From contig JAEWRW010000049.1 of NCBI GenBank assembly GCA_023398815.1, positions 23,983 through 87,982 of the forward strand: DNA of 64,000 bases, written 5' to 3'. A program made the translations under genes and the position numbers. A model generated the notes under the pieces. It was not told the DNA's origin. It did not search any database and was given only the letters and a program-made list of their open reading frames with translations. The stretch comes from Bacillota bacterium. Its GTDB lineage: Bacteria; Bacillota; Clostridia; Christensenellales; UMGS416. Positions 18,934 to 29,441 of the stretch are shown piece by piece (positions within the stretch are counted from its first letter, which is position 1; each line of letters opens with the position of its first letter).

Positions 18934-20007
18934 TTACTCGGCCTTGACGCGCAGCCAGGCGTCCTCGTACTTGGCGTTGAAGTCGCCCAGGTCGCGGTAG
19001 GCCACCAGGCGCTCGCGCTCCTCATCGGTGGGGTAGAAGGACGGAATGGACTTGAGGTCGTCGGAGAGCTGCTCATAGGCGGCCTGCTCCGGCGGGGCAT
19101 AGCCGATGTACTCGGAGTTGCGGGCCACGATGTCGGGCCGGCACATGTAATCGAGGAACGCCATGGCCTCATCCATGTGTTCGGTGCCCTTTACGATGCT
19201 CAGGTTGTCCATGAAGATGTTGCTGCCTTCCTTGGGCAGGCAGTAGCCGAAGTTCATGCCCTTATCGGCGGCCTGCTGCATGATGAGCGTGGCATCGCCG
19301 GAGTAGACAACCGCCATGGCGGCCTCGCCGGCCAGCATCTTGTCGCGGGTGTCGTCCAGCGTGTAGGAGAGCACCAGCGGCTTCTGGGCGATCAGTGCTT
19401 CCTCGGCCTGCTTCAGTTCGTTCACATCGGTACTGTTGGGCTGGAAGCCCTTGTACAGCAGCGCCACGGAGAGCGAGTCGCGGGAGGAGTCGTACATCAA
19501 AATCTGCTTTTTGTACTTCTCGTTCCACAGGATGGACCAGCTGTCCACCGGGTCGGTCACCATGTCTTTGTTGTAGATGATGCCGACCGTGCCCCACATG
19601 TAAGGCACCGAGTACTTACCGTCGGGGTCAAAGTCCATCTTCTGGAACTCGGCGTCGATGTTGGAGTAGTTCGTGAGCTTGCTCTTGTCAATCTCCTCCA
19701 GCATGCCCTTGTTGGCCATGCGCTCCACCATGTAGTCGGAGGGGACAATGACATCATACTGGTTGCTGGCGCCCGAAAGCTTGGCGTACAGCTCCTCGTT
19801 GCTGGTGAAGGTGGAGTAGATGACCTTGATGCCGGTCTCCTCCTCAAACTCTTGCAGCACGGGGGATTCGCCGTTCTCGTCGGTCTCAATGTAGTCACCC
19901 CAGTTGCACACGCGCAACACCTTCTGCGGGGTGGACTGGCAACCGCTCAGTACCATGGGTGCCACGATGAGCAGTGCGACCAGCAGGCTCAGAACTCTCT
20001 TTTTCAT
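18934..20007 (-). CDS. potD: spermidine/putrescine ABC transporter substrate-binding lipoprotein
   Basis: Lipobox VLSGC. PotD-like periplasmic binding protein of 357 aa. AAGGAG RBS. Confidence 0.9.
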   Translation of the reverse strand: MKKRVLSLLVALLIVAPMVLSGCQSTPQKVLRVCNWGDYIETDENGESPVLQEFEEETGIKVIYSTFTSNEELYAKLSGASNQYDVIVPSDYMVERMANKGMLEEIDKSKLTNYSNIDAEFQKMDFDPDGKYSVPYMWGTVGIIYNKDMVTDPVDSWSILWNEKYKKQILMYDSSRDSLSVALLYKGFQPNSTDVNELKQAEEALIAQKPLVLSYTLDDTRDKMLAGEAAMAVVYSGDATLIMQQAADKGMNFGYCLPKEGSNIFMDNLSIVKGTEHMDEAMAFLDYMCRPDIVARNSEYIGYAPPEQAAYEQLSDDLKSIPSFYPTDEERERLVAYRDLGDFNAKYEDAWLRVKAE

Positions 20008-20039
20008 CTATCAACGCTCCTTCATAAATATGATCTTGT

Positions 20040-20870
20040 TCAGTCGGCCTGGAAGGACCGGGGGTTCCTGTTGGCGTCGCGGCTGTTGTCGTCGCCGCCC
20101 GCCAAGGCTGTGCGGCGATTGACGATCAACAAAAGCACCAGTACCGTCAGGAACATCAGCGTCATCAACGCGTACATGGAGGGGTTGATGCCGCGCCGCG
20201 CGGCGGAGTAGATGTAGATGGACAGGTTCTGCACGCCGGATGACGTGAAGAAACTGATGACGAAATCGTCGATGGAGAGGGTGAAGGCTAGGATCATGCC
20301 GGTGATGACGCCGGGCATGATCTGGGGTAGGATGACCTTGCGCAGGGCGTGGCCTGGTGTCGAACCCAGGTCGAGGGCCGCCTCATAGAGACTCCGATCC
20401 ATCTGCTGGAGCTTGGGCATCACCGAGAAGATGACGTAGGGGGTGTTGAACACAACGTGGGCCATGAGCATGGTGGCAAAGCCCAGGTTGAAACGCAGGA
20501 AGATGAACAGAATCATGAGCGAGATGCCCGTGACGATGTCGGGGTTGATGACCGGCAGGTAGGAGATGTTCAGCACCAGCGTGCGCACCCCGTGCTTCAT
20601 GCCGTAGAGCCCGATGGCGGCCAGCGTGCCCACAACCGTGGCGATCATGGAAGCCAGCACGGCCACCATCACCGTCGTCCACAGTGCCGAGAGAATCTCC
20701 GGGTTGTGGAAGAGGTGGGTGTACCACTTGAGCGTGAAGCCGCCCCAGGTCGCCCGGGATTTGGAGGCGCTGAAGGAAAAGACCATCAACATCACGATGG
20801 GCGCATACAGGAACGCCAGCATCAGCCCCAGGTAGAGGTTGGAGAGCCAGCGGAAGCGGTTTTTCTTCAC
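20040..20870 (-). CDS. potC: spermidine/putrescine ABC transporter permease
   Basis: Six-TM BPD-type permease. GTG start overlaps the potB stop (GTGA). Confidence 0.9.
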   Translation of the reverse strand: MKKNRFRWLSNLYLGLMLAFLYAPIVMLMVFSFSASKSRATWGGFTLKWYTHLFHNPEILSALWTTVMVAVLASMIATVVGTLAAIGLYGMKHGVRTLVLNISYLPVINPDIVTGISLMILFIFLRFNLGFATMLMAHVVFNTPYVIFSVMPKLQQMDRSLYEAALDLGSTPGHALRKVILPQIMPGVITGMILAFTLSIDDFVISFFTSSGVQNLSIYIYSAARRGINPSMYALMTLMFLTVLVLLLIVNRRTALAGGDDNSRDANRNPRSFQAD

Positions 20871-21676
20871 AGCAGCTGCCCCCTTTCCTGTTCGCTGCCG
20901 CCCAGGCGGTTCATCACCGCCATGGAGAGCGTGATGAGCGCCATCATGATGACCGACAGCGCCGAGCCGAAGTTCCAGTCAGCGGTCTGCAGGAACTGCT
21001 GCTCGATGAGGTCGCCAAACAGCATGAACTGCGACCCGCCCAGGAGCCGGGAGATGACAAACGTCGACACCGCCGGCATGAAGACCATGGTGATGCCAGA
21101 GACGACACCCGGCATGGAGAGCGGCAGCACCACCCGGCGGAATGATTCGATGGGGTTGGCACCCAGGTCGCCCGCCGCGTCAAGCAGGGAGCTGTCCATC
21201 TTCTGCAACACCGTCAGGATCGGCAGAATCATGAACGGCAGGAAGTTATAGACCATGCCCAGCAACACCGCGTTGGAGTTGTAGAGCAGCGTGACCTGCC
21301 CGATGCCGATGGCGACCAGAAAGCGGTTGACAATGCCGGTGTTCTCCAGAATGGACATCCACGCGTAGGTGCGAAGCAGGAAGTTCATCCACATTGGCAG
21401 GATGAACAGCACCGACAGGATACCCCCGGCCTTCCGGCGGGAGAGGAGGTAGGCCACCGGGTACCCCAGCACCAGGCAAATGACCGTGCACAGCAGCGCC
21501 AGCCACAGCGAGCGCAGCAGAATCTTGAAGTAAATCGGATCCAGGAACTTGGTGAAGTTCGCCACGGTGAACCCGCCGCCGCTGGTGAACGCATAGTAGA
21601 GCAGCAGCCCCACCGGTGCCACGGTGAAGAGCACCATCCAAAGGATGTAAGGCGTCGCGTACCACTTCAGCCGCAT
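20867..21676 (-). CDS. potB: spermidine/putrescine ABC transporter permease
   Basis: BPD-type permease with the EAA-like loop DAAGDLGANPIESFRRVVLP. Confidence 0.9.
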   Translation of the reverse strand: MRLKWYATPYILWMVLFTVAPVGLLLYYAFTSGGGFTVANFTKFLDPIYFKILLRSLWLALLCTVICLVLGYPVAYLLSRRKAGGILSVLFILPMWMNFLLRTYAWMSILENTGIVNRFLVAIGIGQVTLLYNSNAVLLGMVYNFLPFMILPILTVLQKMDSSLLDAAGDLGANPIESFRRVVLPLSMPGVVSGITMVFMPAVSTFVISRLLGGSQFMLFGDLIEQQFLQTADWNFGSALSVIMMALITLSMAVMNRLGGSEQERGQLL

Positions 21677-21680
21677 CGCA

Positions 21681-22730
21681 CTACGCCCCCTTGCCCATCA
21701 CGTGGATGTCCTCTGGCCGCACGATGAGCCCGACGGCCTCGCCAGCGGGGTGGTAGGCGGTGTCGTGCACCAGGAAGGTGTAGTCACCGCAGTCGATGCG
21801 CATTTCAAAGTGGACGCCCTTGAAGATGACCGACTCCACCACGCCCTTGAGCGCGCCGTGGGCCTCGTCCACAATGTAGATGTCCTCGGGCCGCAGCACG
21901 ACCTCGACAGAGGCGTCGGCGGCAAAGCCACCGTCCACGCACTCAAAGGCGTGACCCAGGAAATGAACCAGCCGGTCCTTCGGCATGGTGCCGGGGATGA
22001 TGTTGCTCTCGCCAATGAAGTCGGCCACGAAGGCGTTCTTGGGCTCGTTGTAGATGTCCATCGGCGTGCCGATCTGCTGGATGCGGCCCTGGTTCATCAC
22101 CACCACCGTGTCGCTCATCGTCAGGGCTTCCTCCTGGTCGTGGGTGACATAGAGGAATGTAATGCCCAGCTCCTGCTGCATGCCCTTCAATTCCACCTGC
22201 ATGTCCTTGCGCATTTTGAGATCCAGTGCGCCCAATGGCTCATCGAGCAGCAGCACCTCGGGCTCGTTGACGAGCGCGCGCGCAATAGCAACCCGCTGCT
22301 GCTGCCCGCCGGAGAGGGAGTCGGTGGAGCGCTTCTGATAGCCGGCCAGGCCAACGAGCTCCAGCATGGCGGCGACCTTGCGCTCAATCACGCCTTTGTC
22401 CAGTTTCTTGATCTTGAGGCCAAAGGCCACGTTGTCAAAGATGTTGAGGTGGGGGAACAGGGCATACCGCTGAAAGACGGTGTTGACACGCCGCTTGTAG
22501 GGTGGGGTAAAGGTGATGTCCTGCCCGTCCAATATGATACGGCCCTCGGTCGGGGTGTCAAAACCCGCGATCAAGCGCAGCATCGTCGTCTTGCCACAGC
22601 CGGATGGCCCCAGCAGTGTCAGGAATTCCTTGCGACGGATGTAAAGGTCAATCCCGTTGAGGGCGACCGTCTCCTCGCCATAGGCTCTGGTGATGCCCAG
22701 AAGCTCAATGAATTTCGTATTCTCCACCAT
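21681..22730 (-). CDS. potA: spermidine/putrescine ABC transporter ATP-binding protein
   Basis: Trimmed to ATG at comp(22728-22730) after AAGGAG. Walker [10 protein letters not shown], signature [15 protein letters not shown], Walker B LLLDEP, and a C-terminal TOBE-like region. Confidence 0.95.
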   Translation of the reverse strand: MVENTKFIELLGITRAYGEETVALNGIDLYIRRKEFLTLLGPSGCGKTTMLRLIAGFDTPTEGRIILDGQDITFTPPYKRRVNTVFQRYALFPHLNIFDNVAFGLKIKKLDKGVIERKVAAMLELVGLAGYQKRSTDSLSGGQQQRVAIARALVNEPEVLLLDEPLGALDLKMRKDMQVELKGMQQELGITFLYVTHDQEEALTMSDTVVVMNQGRIQQIGTPMDIYNEPKNAFVADFIGESNIIPGTMPKDRLVHFLGHAFECVDGGFAADASVEVVLRPEDIYIVDEAHGALKGVVESVIFKGVHFEMRIDCGDYTFLVHDTAYHPAGEAVGLIVRPEDIHVMGKGA

Positions 22731-22750
22731 CGACGGTGTCTCCTTGCGCG

Positions 22751-23290
22751 CTAAAAACTGGGTGGGCTCACAACCCACAGGAGCTTGGCTTCGGTCTTGC
22801 CGGTGTTCTGTATGCCATGGTTGGCGTTGGCCTCGTAGTAGAACGACGCGCCGCGGCGCACCTTGTACTTCTGCCGCCCCAGCGTCAGCGTCACCGTGCC
22901 CGCCAGCACATAGCCGTACTCCTCGCCCATGTGGGGCTCGTGGGGGCCAAATGTGCCACCCGGGGCCAGCGTTAAGAGGATCGGCTCCATGTCGTTGCGC
23001 TGGGCCTGGGGCACCAGCCAGCGCACGGTGTGGCCGCTCTCCGGGTCCTCCTTCTCAAAGGTATCCTCGGGCTCAAACACCACCGGCCGCGCCGCACCCT
23101 CGCTGAAAAACTCGTTGAGGTCGGTACCGAGGCAGGCCAGAATGTCCATGAGCGTAGCGATGGAGGGGGAGGTCAGGTTGCGCTCCAGCTGGGAGATGAA
23201 CCCCTTGCTCAACTCCGTCCGGTCGGCCAGGTCCTCCATGGTCAGGCCGTGCATGAGCCGCAGCCCTTTGATCTTGCCGCCAATGTCCAT
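22751..23290 (-). CDS. XRE-family HTH regulator with C-terminal cupin domain (PuuR-like)
   Basis: Trimmed to ATG at comp(23288-23290) after GGAAGGAGG. HTH is [23 protein letters not shown]. Cupin motif is [17 protein letters not shown]. It is the first gene of the pot operon, 20 nt upstream of potA. Confidence 0.85.
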   Translation of the reverse strand: MDIGGKIKGLRLMHGLTMEDLADRTELSKGFISQLERNLTSPSIATLMDILACLGTDLNEFFSEGAARPVVFEPEDTFEKEDPESGHTVRWLVPQAQRNDMEPILLTLAPGGTFGPHEPHMGEEYGYVLAGTVTLTLGRQKYKVRRGASFYYEANANHGIQNTGKTEAKLLWVVSPPSF

Positions 23291-23361
23291 TCCGAGCCTC
23301 CTTCCGCCGGTGGTGCGGGGCGGGTGCGACACCGCTCCGAGTTTGGTCTTTCGTTACTTTT

Positions 23362-23418
23362 TGTTTACTGTTTGTAAACAATCGTACAAACATTAGCATA
23401 TCTGATATGTCATGTCAA
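23362..23418 (-). promoter_or_regulatory. putative promoter (TTGACA-17-TAATGT, minus strand) with two nested inverted repeats (candidate operator)
   Basis: Minus-strand TTGACA is at comp(23413-23418) and TAATGT at comp(23390-23395). IR1 is TGTTTAC-N5-GTAAACA (23362-23380). IR2 is TGTTTGTA-N8-TACAAACA (23369-23392) and overlaps the -10 and +1 region. Confidence 0.55.
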
Positions 23419-23663
23419 TAGACGGTTTCGGGGCCATCCGTTAAATTTCGCGCTGGGATTGGAAAGTAGGTTTTCGCTCTCCACATCGGGCAAATCGGTT
23501 GTAGCACATGGTTGGCCCTCTTGTGTTGTGGCAGCCAGTGGTGGGGCAGTGCACGTGTTGCAGAAAAGGGCGTCGCCGCCGAACGTGCAGGCTTGACTCA
23601 ATGTGTGGCTTGCCGGGGCTCCGCCATGTGCCTTTCCATGGCGCGGCGCGCGGCACACGCACG

Positions 23664-23692
23664 TTGACAGCGGCGCTAACTGTCGATATAAT
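23664..23692 (+). promoter_or_regulatory. consensus sigma-A promoter for the S-box leader and metK (TTGACA-17-TATAAT)
   Basis: Exact TTGACA at 23664-23669, a 17-nt spacer, and exact TATAAT at 23687-23692. Confidence 0.75.
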
Positions 23693-23771
23693 AGAAGAAA
23701 CCGGAAGTGAACCGCATCATTGGGGGGCACCCCGGTGGAAAATTGAATAGCGCGCGCCGCGCGAGCGGCGC

Positions 23772-23920
23772 TCCTTATCCTGAGAGGTGGAGGGACTGGG
23801 CCCTGTGAAACCCGGCAACCTGGCGGACGCCAAGGTGCCAATTCCCGCGGGTGAAAACCCGGCAGATGAGGAAATGCTTTGGAAGCCTCATTCTGTTGAA
23901 CGAATGAGGCAATTTTGTTG
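23772..23920 (+). promoter_or_regulatory. SAM-I riboswitch (S-box) with terminator expression platform
   Basis: The aptamer has the conserved core cttatcctgagaggtggagggactgggccctgtgaaacccggcaacc...ggtgccaattcc...gatgagga. P1 pairs tccttatc with gatgagga. It is followed by the terminator gcctcattc-N8-gaatgaggc (23885-23910) plus aattttgttg. The terminator 5' arm can alternatively pair with the P1 3' strand. Confidence 0.92.
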
Positions 23921-23938
23921 CATACAAGGAGGAAGTAT

Positions 23939-25111
<1,173 letters not shown>

Positions 25112-25125
25112 CAGGAACCCAACGG

Positions 25126-25151
25126 GGGCGGACGGAAGTCCGCCCTTTTTG
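25126..25151 (+). terminator. intrinsic terminator after metK
   Basis: gggcggac-ggaa-gtccgccc followed by tttttg. Confidence 0.85.
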
Positions 25152-25190
25152 CACCATCATCTTAAAAATATCCAAAGGAGAATTGACGTG

Positions 25191-25733
25191 ATGACGCAGT
25201 ACTGCGCCTTCCTGCGGGGCATCAACGTGGGCGGTCTCAAGATCGCCATGGCCGACCTGCGGCAGTTGATGGGGGAGCTGGGCCTTGCCGACGTGCGCAC
25301 GGTGCTGGCAACGGGGAACGCCGTGTTTGGTGCAGCGGCAACGCCGGAGGAGCTCCGCCCCATGCTGGAGACGGCGCTGTTTGCCCGCTTTGGCTACGAT
25401 GCCCAGGTGCTGCTGCGCACGCGGGAGGAGCTTGTTGCGCTGTGCCAGGCGGCCGGGGTGATGACCCCGGAGGAGTGCCACCTCTATGTGCTGCTCTGCG
25501 GGCAGGGGACCTCTGCTGAATTGGAAGAGCTTTTCCGTGACGAACCGCGGGAACGAGAGTGGTTCCAAACCATGGGGCAGGATGCCTTCTGGGTGGTGCC
25601 CAAGGGGATGACGGTGACGACAGCCTTCGGCACAAAGGTGCTGGGGAGTAAGCGGTTCCGTCTCCGGGTCACCACACGCAACCGCAGCACTTTGGAACGA
25701 GTGCTGCGGGAGATGGAGAAGGCACCGAATTAA
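25191..25733 (+). CDS. DUF1697-domain protein
   Basis: YCAFLRGINVGG.K..MADLR...LG...VRTVLATGNAVF is the DUF1697 N-terminal pattern. ATG at 25191, or GTG at 25188, after AAAGGAG. Confidence 0.8.
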   Translation: MTQYCAFLRGINVGGLKIAMADLRQLMGELGLADVRTVLATGNAVFGAAATPEELRPMLETALFARFGYDAQVLLRTREELVALCQAAGVMTPEECHLYVLLCGQGTSAELEELFRDEPREREWFQTMGQDAFWVVPKGMTVTTAFGTKVLGSKRFRLRVTTRNRSTLERVLREMEKAPN

Positions 25734-25745
25734 GCCAACGACAAA

Positions 25746-25766
25746 GCCGGGAGCATTGCTCCCGGC
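25746..25766. terminator. bidirectional terminator between convergent genes
   Basis: gccgggagc-att-gctcccggc flanked by aaa upstream and ccctttgg downstream. The minus strand reads the hairpin followed by tttgtcgtt. Confidence 0.65.
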
Positions 25767-25796
25767 CCTTTGGTGCGCTGTGATTCCGTTGTTTGG

Positions 25797-26858
25797 TTAT
25801 CGTGCTGTGTCCAGCCCCTTATCCACATCGTTGGCCACCGCTGATGGATCGGCCAGAAACAGACGGGAGGGACGAGCCCCGAAGCGGCCATGGAGCCATA
25901 TGGCATAGCCCGACGGCAGGCAGAGGAGGGCCATCAGCCACCACGCGCCGGTGGCCGGCAGGCCGCACGGGCCGTGAAAAACCCACACGAGCGCGCCGGA
26001 GAGGGCGGCCAGTGCTGCTGAAAGCGCGATCATTGCCGGTTTCTTCGGCGGGTTCATGGCCCACAACGCCGCCCAGCCCACTGCCATGCCCAGCACAGCG
26101 GCCCAGGGGGGCGTCAGGCTCCCGGCCGTGGCGCGGTAGAGCAACCCCGCCGCTACAGCGCACAGCAGGGGCAGCAGCCCAAAAGCCAACAGCCGCCGGT
26201 AGATGCGCACAGAATCGACAAGTTTGTTAAAGTGGGAGGGCTGACCGCCGGCCTGGTAGACCGCTCGAATGGGCAGCTCCGCATAGGGGAGGCCCCGCCG
26301 CCGCAGCGCCAGCAGCATGACGTTTTCATACTCAAACCGTTCGCCATCCACCGCCATCATCGCCCCCAGCAATGCCTGCGGGAAACCGCGCAGCCCGCAT
26401 TGAGTGTCGCCAAAGCGCTGGCCCGTCAGCAGATAAAACATGCCTCGGGTGATGGTGTTGCCGGCCAGGTTCTTCCACGGCACCTCCGCCCGGAAGAACT
26501 GACGCGTGGCCAGGATGACGCGGTCGGGGTGGGCCAGCACCGCCTCCGCCGTGGCACGAATGGCCGCCGGTTCGTGCTGGCCGTCGGCGTCGCAGGTGAC
26601 GACACCCGCCGCGTCCGGCAGATGGTTCAGCACGTAGTTGAAGCCGTTCTTCAGCGCACGCCCCTTGCCCAGGTTGACGGCATGGCGCACCACGGCACAG
26701 CCCTGTTGCTCCAGCGTGTCAAACACGGGGCGGCAGTCGGCCCGGCTGCCGTCGTCGACGATGACAAACCGAGAAAAGCCCTGCCCGCGAATGGCTTCCA
26801 CCACCCGCAGCAGGGTTTCGTCGGGGTTCAACGAGGGGATCAACACCACTACATTCAT
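25797..26858 (-). CDS. family-2 glycosyltransferase with C-terminal transmembrane domain (polyprenol-phosphate glycosyltransferase-like)
   Basis: Trimmed to ATG at comp(26856-26858). VVLIPSLNPDETLL...FVIVDDGS GT2 motifs. The C-terminal ~120 aa is hydrophobic, with several predicted TM helices. Confidence 0.85.
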   Translation of the reverse strand: MNVVVLIPSLNPDETLLRVVEAIRGQGFSRFVIVDDGSRADCRPVFDTLEQQGCAVVRHAVNLGKGRALKNGFNYVLNHLPDAAGVVTCDADGQHEPAAIRATAEAVLAHPDRVILATRQFFRAEVPWKNLAGNTITRGMFYLLTGQRFGDTQCGLRGFPQALLGAMMAVDGERFEYENVMLLALRRRGLPYAELPIRAVYQAGGQPSHFNKLVDSVRIYRRLLAFGLLPLLCAVAAGLLYRATAGSLTPPWAAVLGMAVGWAALWAMNPPKKPAMIALSAALAALSGALVWVFHGPCGLPATGAWWLMALLCLPSGYAIWLHGRFGARPSRLFLADPSAVANDVDKGLDTAR

Positions 26859-27120
26859 ACCGGGCTCCCACACTCTGTCTTGCGAACGAAAACTCGTGTC
26901 CATCATACGGAACGAACCGGCAAAAGTCAATTGTTATGCGGCTCATGCGGGGCGTTTTGCGGGTTCCCTTTTTCTGCACCGTGCGGTATAATCACAACAT
27001 TGATCTGCTGACAGATGCAGCCATTTCTGCTTGGCGAACTGTGCGCCGGGCCGCACGAGGGGCAGTCCAGCTTGGCAATGCCCTTCCGTTTGTTCCGATT
27101 TCCAGTTGAGGTGAACGCAA

Positions 27121-28851
27121 GTGAGACAGCTTTTGTTGGGCAATGAGGCCGTGGCAAGGGGCGCGTGGGAAGCGGGTGTCCGCGTGGCGTCGGCTTACCC
27201 CGGCACCCCCAGCACCGAAATAACCGAGACCATCGCCCGTTTCGCCGATGTATACGCCGAGTGGGCCCCCAACGAGAAGGTGGCGCTGGAGGTGGGCGTG
27301 GGTGCCAGCCTGGGCGGTGCCCGGTCGCTGGTGTGCATGAAGCACGTAGGGCTCAACGTGGCGGCCGACCCGCTGTTCACCGCCGCTTATTGTGGCGTCA
27401 ACGGCGGGCTTGTCATCGTCGTGGCTGACGACCCGGGGATGAATTCCTCCCAGAACGAGCAGGACAGCCGGTTTTACGCTCGCTTCTCGCTGGTGCCCAT
27501 GTTGGAACCGGCCGACAGCGACGAGTGCCTGCGCTTCACCAAACTTGCTTTTGAGCTCAGCGAACGGTATGACGCGCCGGTGCTGCTGCGCCTCACGACC
27601 CGCGTCGCGCATTCCCGCTCCCTGGCCGAGACGGGTGAACGCCAGGCGGTGGAAGTCAAACCCTACCGCAAGGAGCCGGCGAAATACGTGATGATGCCCG
27701 CCTATGCTCGCGCCCGCCACGTGGTGGTGGAGGAGCGCATGGCTCGCCTGCGGGCGGAGCTGGACGCCCTGGGTCTGGACGCGGTGGAGAAACACGGCAG
27801 CCGGCTGGGAATTGTGGCCGCCGGTGTTGTGAGCCAATACGTGCGCGAAGCCCTGCCCAACGCCGACCTGTTCCAGGTGGGCATGGTGAACCCGCTGCCC
27901 TTGGATGCCCTGCGCCGCTTTGCTGCGGAACATGACGAGCTCGTGGTGGTAGAGGAGTTGGAGCCCTTCCTGGAGGATGCGCTGAAGGCCGCCGGCATCG
28001 CCTGCCACGGCAAGGGGCTCTTTGGCAGCCGGGGCGAGTTGTCTGCCCCCATCGTGGCGGCAAAGCTGGGTGGCGAGGCCGCCCAGGGCACCGCGCCAAT
28101 GGCTGACCTGCCGGTGCGCCCGCCGGTGCTCTGCCCAGGCTGCCCTCACCGGGGTACGTTCCATGTGTTCCAGAAGCTTAAGCTCACCGTCATGGGCGAC
28201 ATCGGCTGCTACACGCTGGCGTCCTCGCCGCCGCTGGAGGCAATGGACGCCTGCCTGTGCATGGGCGCGTCCATCGGCATGGCCCATGGCATGGAGAAGG
28301 CCCGTGGCCCCCAAGACAAGCTCGTGGCCGTGCTGGGCGATTCCACCTTCCTGCACTCGGGCATGACGGGGCTGCTGAACGCCGTGTACAACAACAGCCA
28401 CACGACCACCGTGATTCTTGATAACTCCACCACGGGCATGACCGGTCACCAGGACAACCCGGCCACTGGGCGTACCCTGCAGGGGGTCGACGCCGCCGCC
28501 GTGGATCTGGAGGGGCTGTGCCGCAGTCTTGGCGTGCGCGATGTGCGGGTGATCGATCCCTTTGATCTCAAGGCCGCTGAGGCGGGCATGAAGGAAGCAC
28601 TGGCCTTCGACGGGCCGTCGGTCGTCATCTTCCGCCGGCCCTGTGCGCTGCTGCCGGTGGTGCCCAAGCAGCCGCCCCACCAGGTGGACCCGGCGGTTTG
28701 CCGCCGGTGCAAGGCCTGCCTCAAGATCGGCTGCCCGGCCATCGAGCTGGTGGAGGGGGCCGTGCGCATCAACGCAACGCTCTGCGTGGGGTGCGGCCTG
28801 TGCGCCAAGGTTTGTCCCTTCGGCGCCATCGGGAAGGAGGCGGCCCAATGA
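27121..28851 (+). CDS. iorA: indolepyruvate:ferredoxin oxidoreductase subunit alpha
   Basis: GTG start 8 nt after GAGGTG. LLGNEAVARGAWEAGV..ASAYPGTPSTEI and a TPP-binding GDSTFLHSG. C-terminal 2x[4Fe-4S] motifs CRRCKAC..GC and CVGCGLCAKVCP. Confidence 0.9.
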   Translation: MRQLLLGNEAVARGAWEAGVRVASAYPGTPSTEITETIARFADVYAEWAPNEKVALEVGVGASLGGARSLVCMKHVGLNVAADPLFTAAYCGVNGGLVIVVADDPGMNSSQNEQDSRFYARFSLVPMLEPADSDECLRFTKLAFELSERYDAPVLLRLTTRVAHSRSLAETGERQAVEVKPYRKEPAKYVMMPAYARARHVVVEERMARLRAELDALGLDAVEKHGSRLGIVAAGVVSQYVREALPNADLFQVGMVNPLPLDALRRFAAEHDELVVVEELEPFLEDALKAAGIACHGKGLFGSRGELSAPIVAAKLGGEAAQGTAPMADLPVRPPVLCPGCPHRGTFHVFQKLKLTVMGDIGCYTLASSPPLEAMDACLCMGASIGMAHGMEKARGPQDKLVAVLGDSTFLHSGMTGLLNAVYNNSHTTTVILDNSTTGMTGHQDNPATGRTLQGVDAAAVDLEGLCRSLGVRDVRVIDPFDLKAAEAGMKEALAFDGPSVVIFRRPCALLPVVPKQPPHQVDPAVCRRCKACLKIGCPAIELVEGAVRINATLCVGCGLCAKVCPFGAIGKEAAQ

Positions 28852-29441
28852 AAAGCTGGAACATCCTCATCGCCGGTGTCGGCGGGCAGGGTACGCTGCT
28901 CACCAGCCGCATCCTGGGCGACCTGGCCCGGCAGGCCGGGTGCGACGTGAAGGTGACCGAAGTGCACGGCATGGCCCAGCGGGGCGGCAGTGTTGTCACC
29001 CATGTGCGCCTGGCCGACCGGGTGTATTCGCCGGTGGTGGAGCCGGGGCAAGCCGACGCACTGCTGGCCTTTGAACGGCTGGAAGCGTTGCGCTATGCCC
29101 ATTTTGTGCGGCCTGGCGGGCTGCTGCTGGTCAACGACCAGCGCATCCTGCCCATGCCGGTCATCATGGGCAAGCAGGCCTACCCTGCCGCCGGGTTGGG
29201 TGATGGGGTGGCCGATGGTGTTGAAGTGGTAGCTCTCGACGGCCTGGCGCTGGCGCAGAAGGCCGGCGACGGGCGGGCCGTAAATACGGTGCTGCTGGGC
29301 GCGCTCTCCCGCCGCATGGGGTTGGGGGAGGATCTGTGGCAGCGGGCGCTGGAGACCTGCGTGCCGGCCAAAGCACTTGATGTGAACCGGAAAGCGTTTG
29401 TCTACGGGCGGGAAGCGGGGGAGAACGATGGTTTGGAATAG
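28848..29441 (+). CDS. iorB: indolepyruvate:ferredoxin oxidoreductase subunit beta
   Basis: ATGA overlap with ior[21 protein letters not shown]...[11 protein letters not shown]. Confidence 0.9.
   Translation: MKSWNILIAGVGGQGTLLTSRILGDLARQAGCDVKVTEVHGMAQRGGSVVTHVRLADRVYSPVVEPGQADALLAFERLEALRYAHFVRPGGLLLVNDQRILPMPVIMGKQAYPAAGLGDGVADGVEVVALDGLALAQKAGDGRAVNTVLLGALSRRMGLGEDLWQRALETCVPAKALDVNRKAFVYGREAGENDGLE

Noticed and set aside
23420-23663. About 240-nt GC-rich spacer between the divergent pot and metK promoters. It contains small ORFs at 23441-23662 (-) and 23508-23750 (+) and a loose GC-rich inverted repeat around 23605-23660.
   Set aside because: The small ORFs lack an RBS and look like random GC-rich frames. 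The inverted repeat pairs only with many mismatches. I could not support any feature here.
26859-27120. 262-nt leader between the glycosyltransferase gene and iorA, examined for a riboswitch or T-box. A TATAAT is present at 26987-26992.
   Set aside because: No T-box or known riboswitch core sequence was recognised. Only short 4-5 bp hairpins are present, and the -35 is poor (TTCCCT).
26992-28848. 618-aa minus-strand ORF opposite iorA. Similar cases are 29164-30492, 36878-38608, 40877-42148 and 62422-63651.
   Set aside because: Same reasoning. The plus-strand genes (iorA, the CoA ligase, addB/addA, the URO-D-family gene and the ABC-2 permease) carry strong family signatures. The antisense frames do not.
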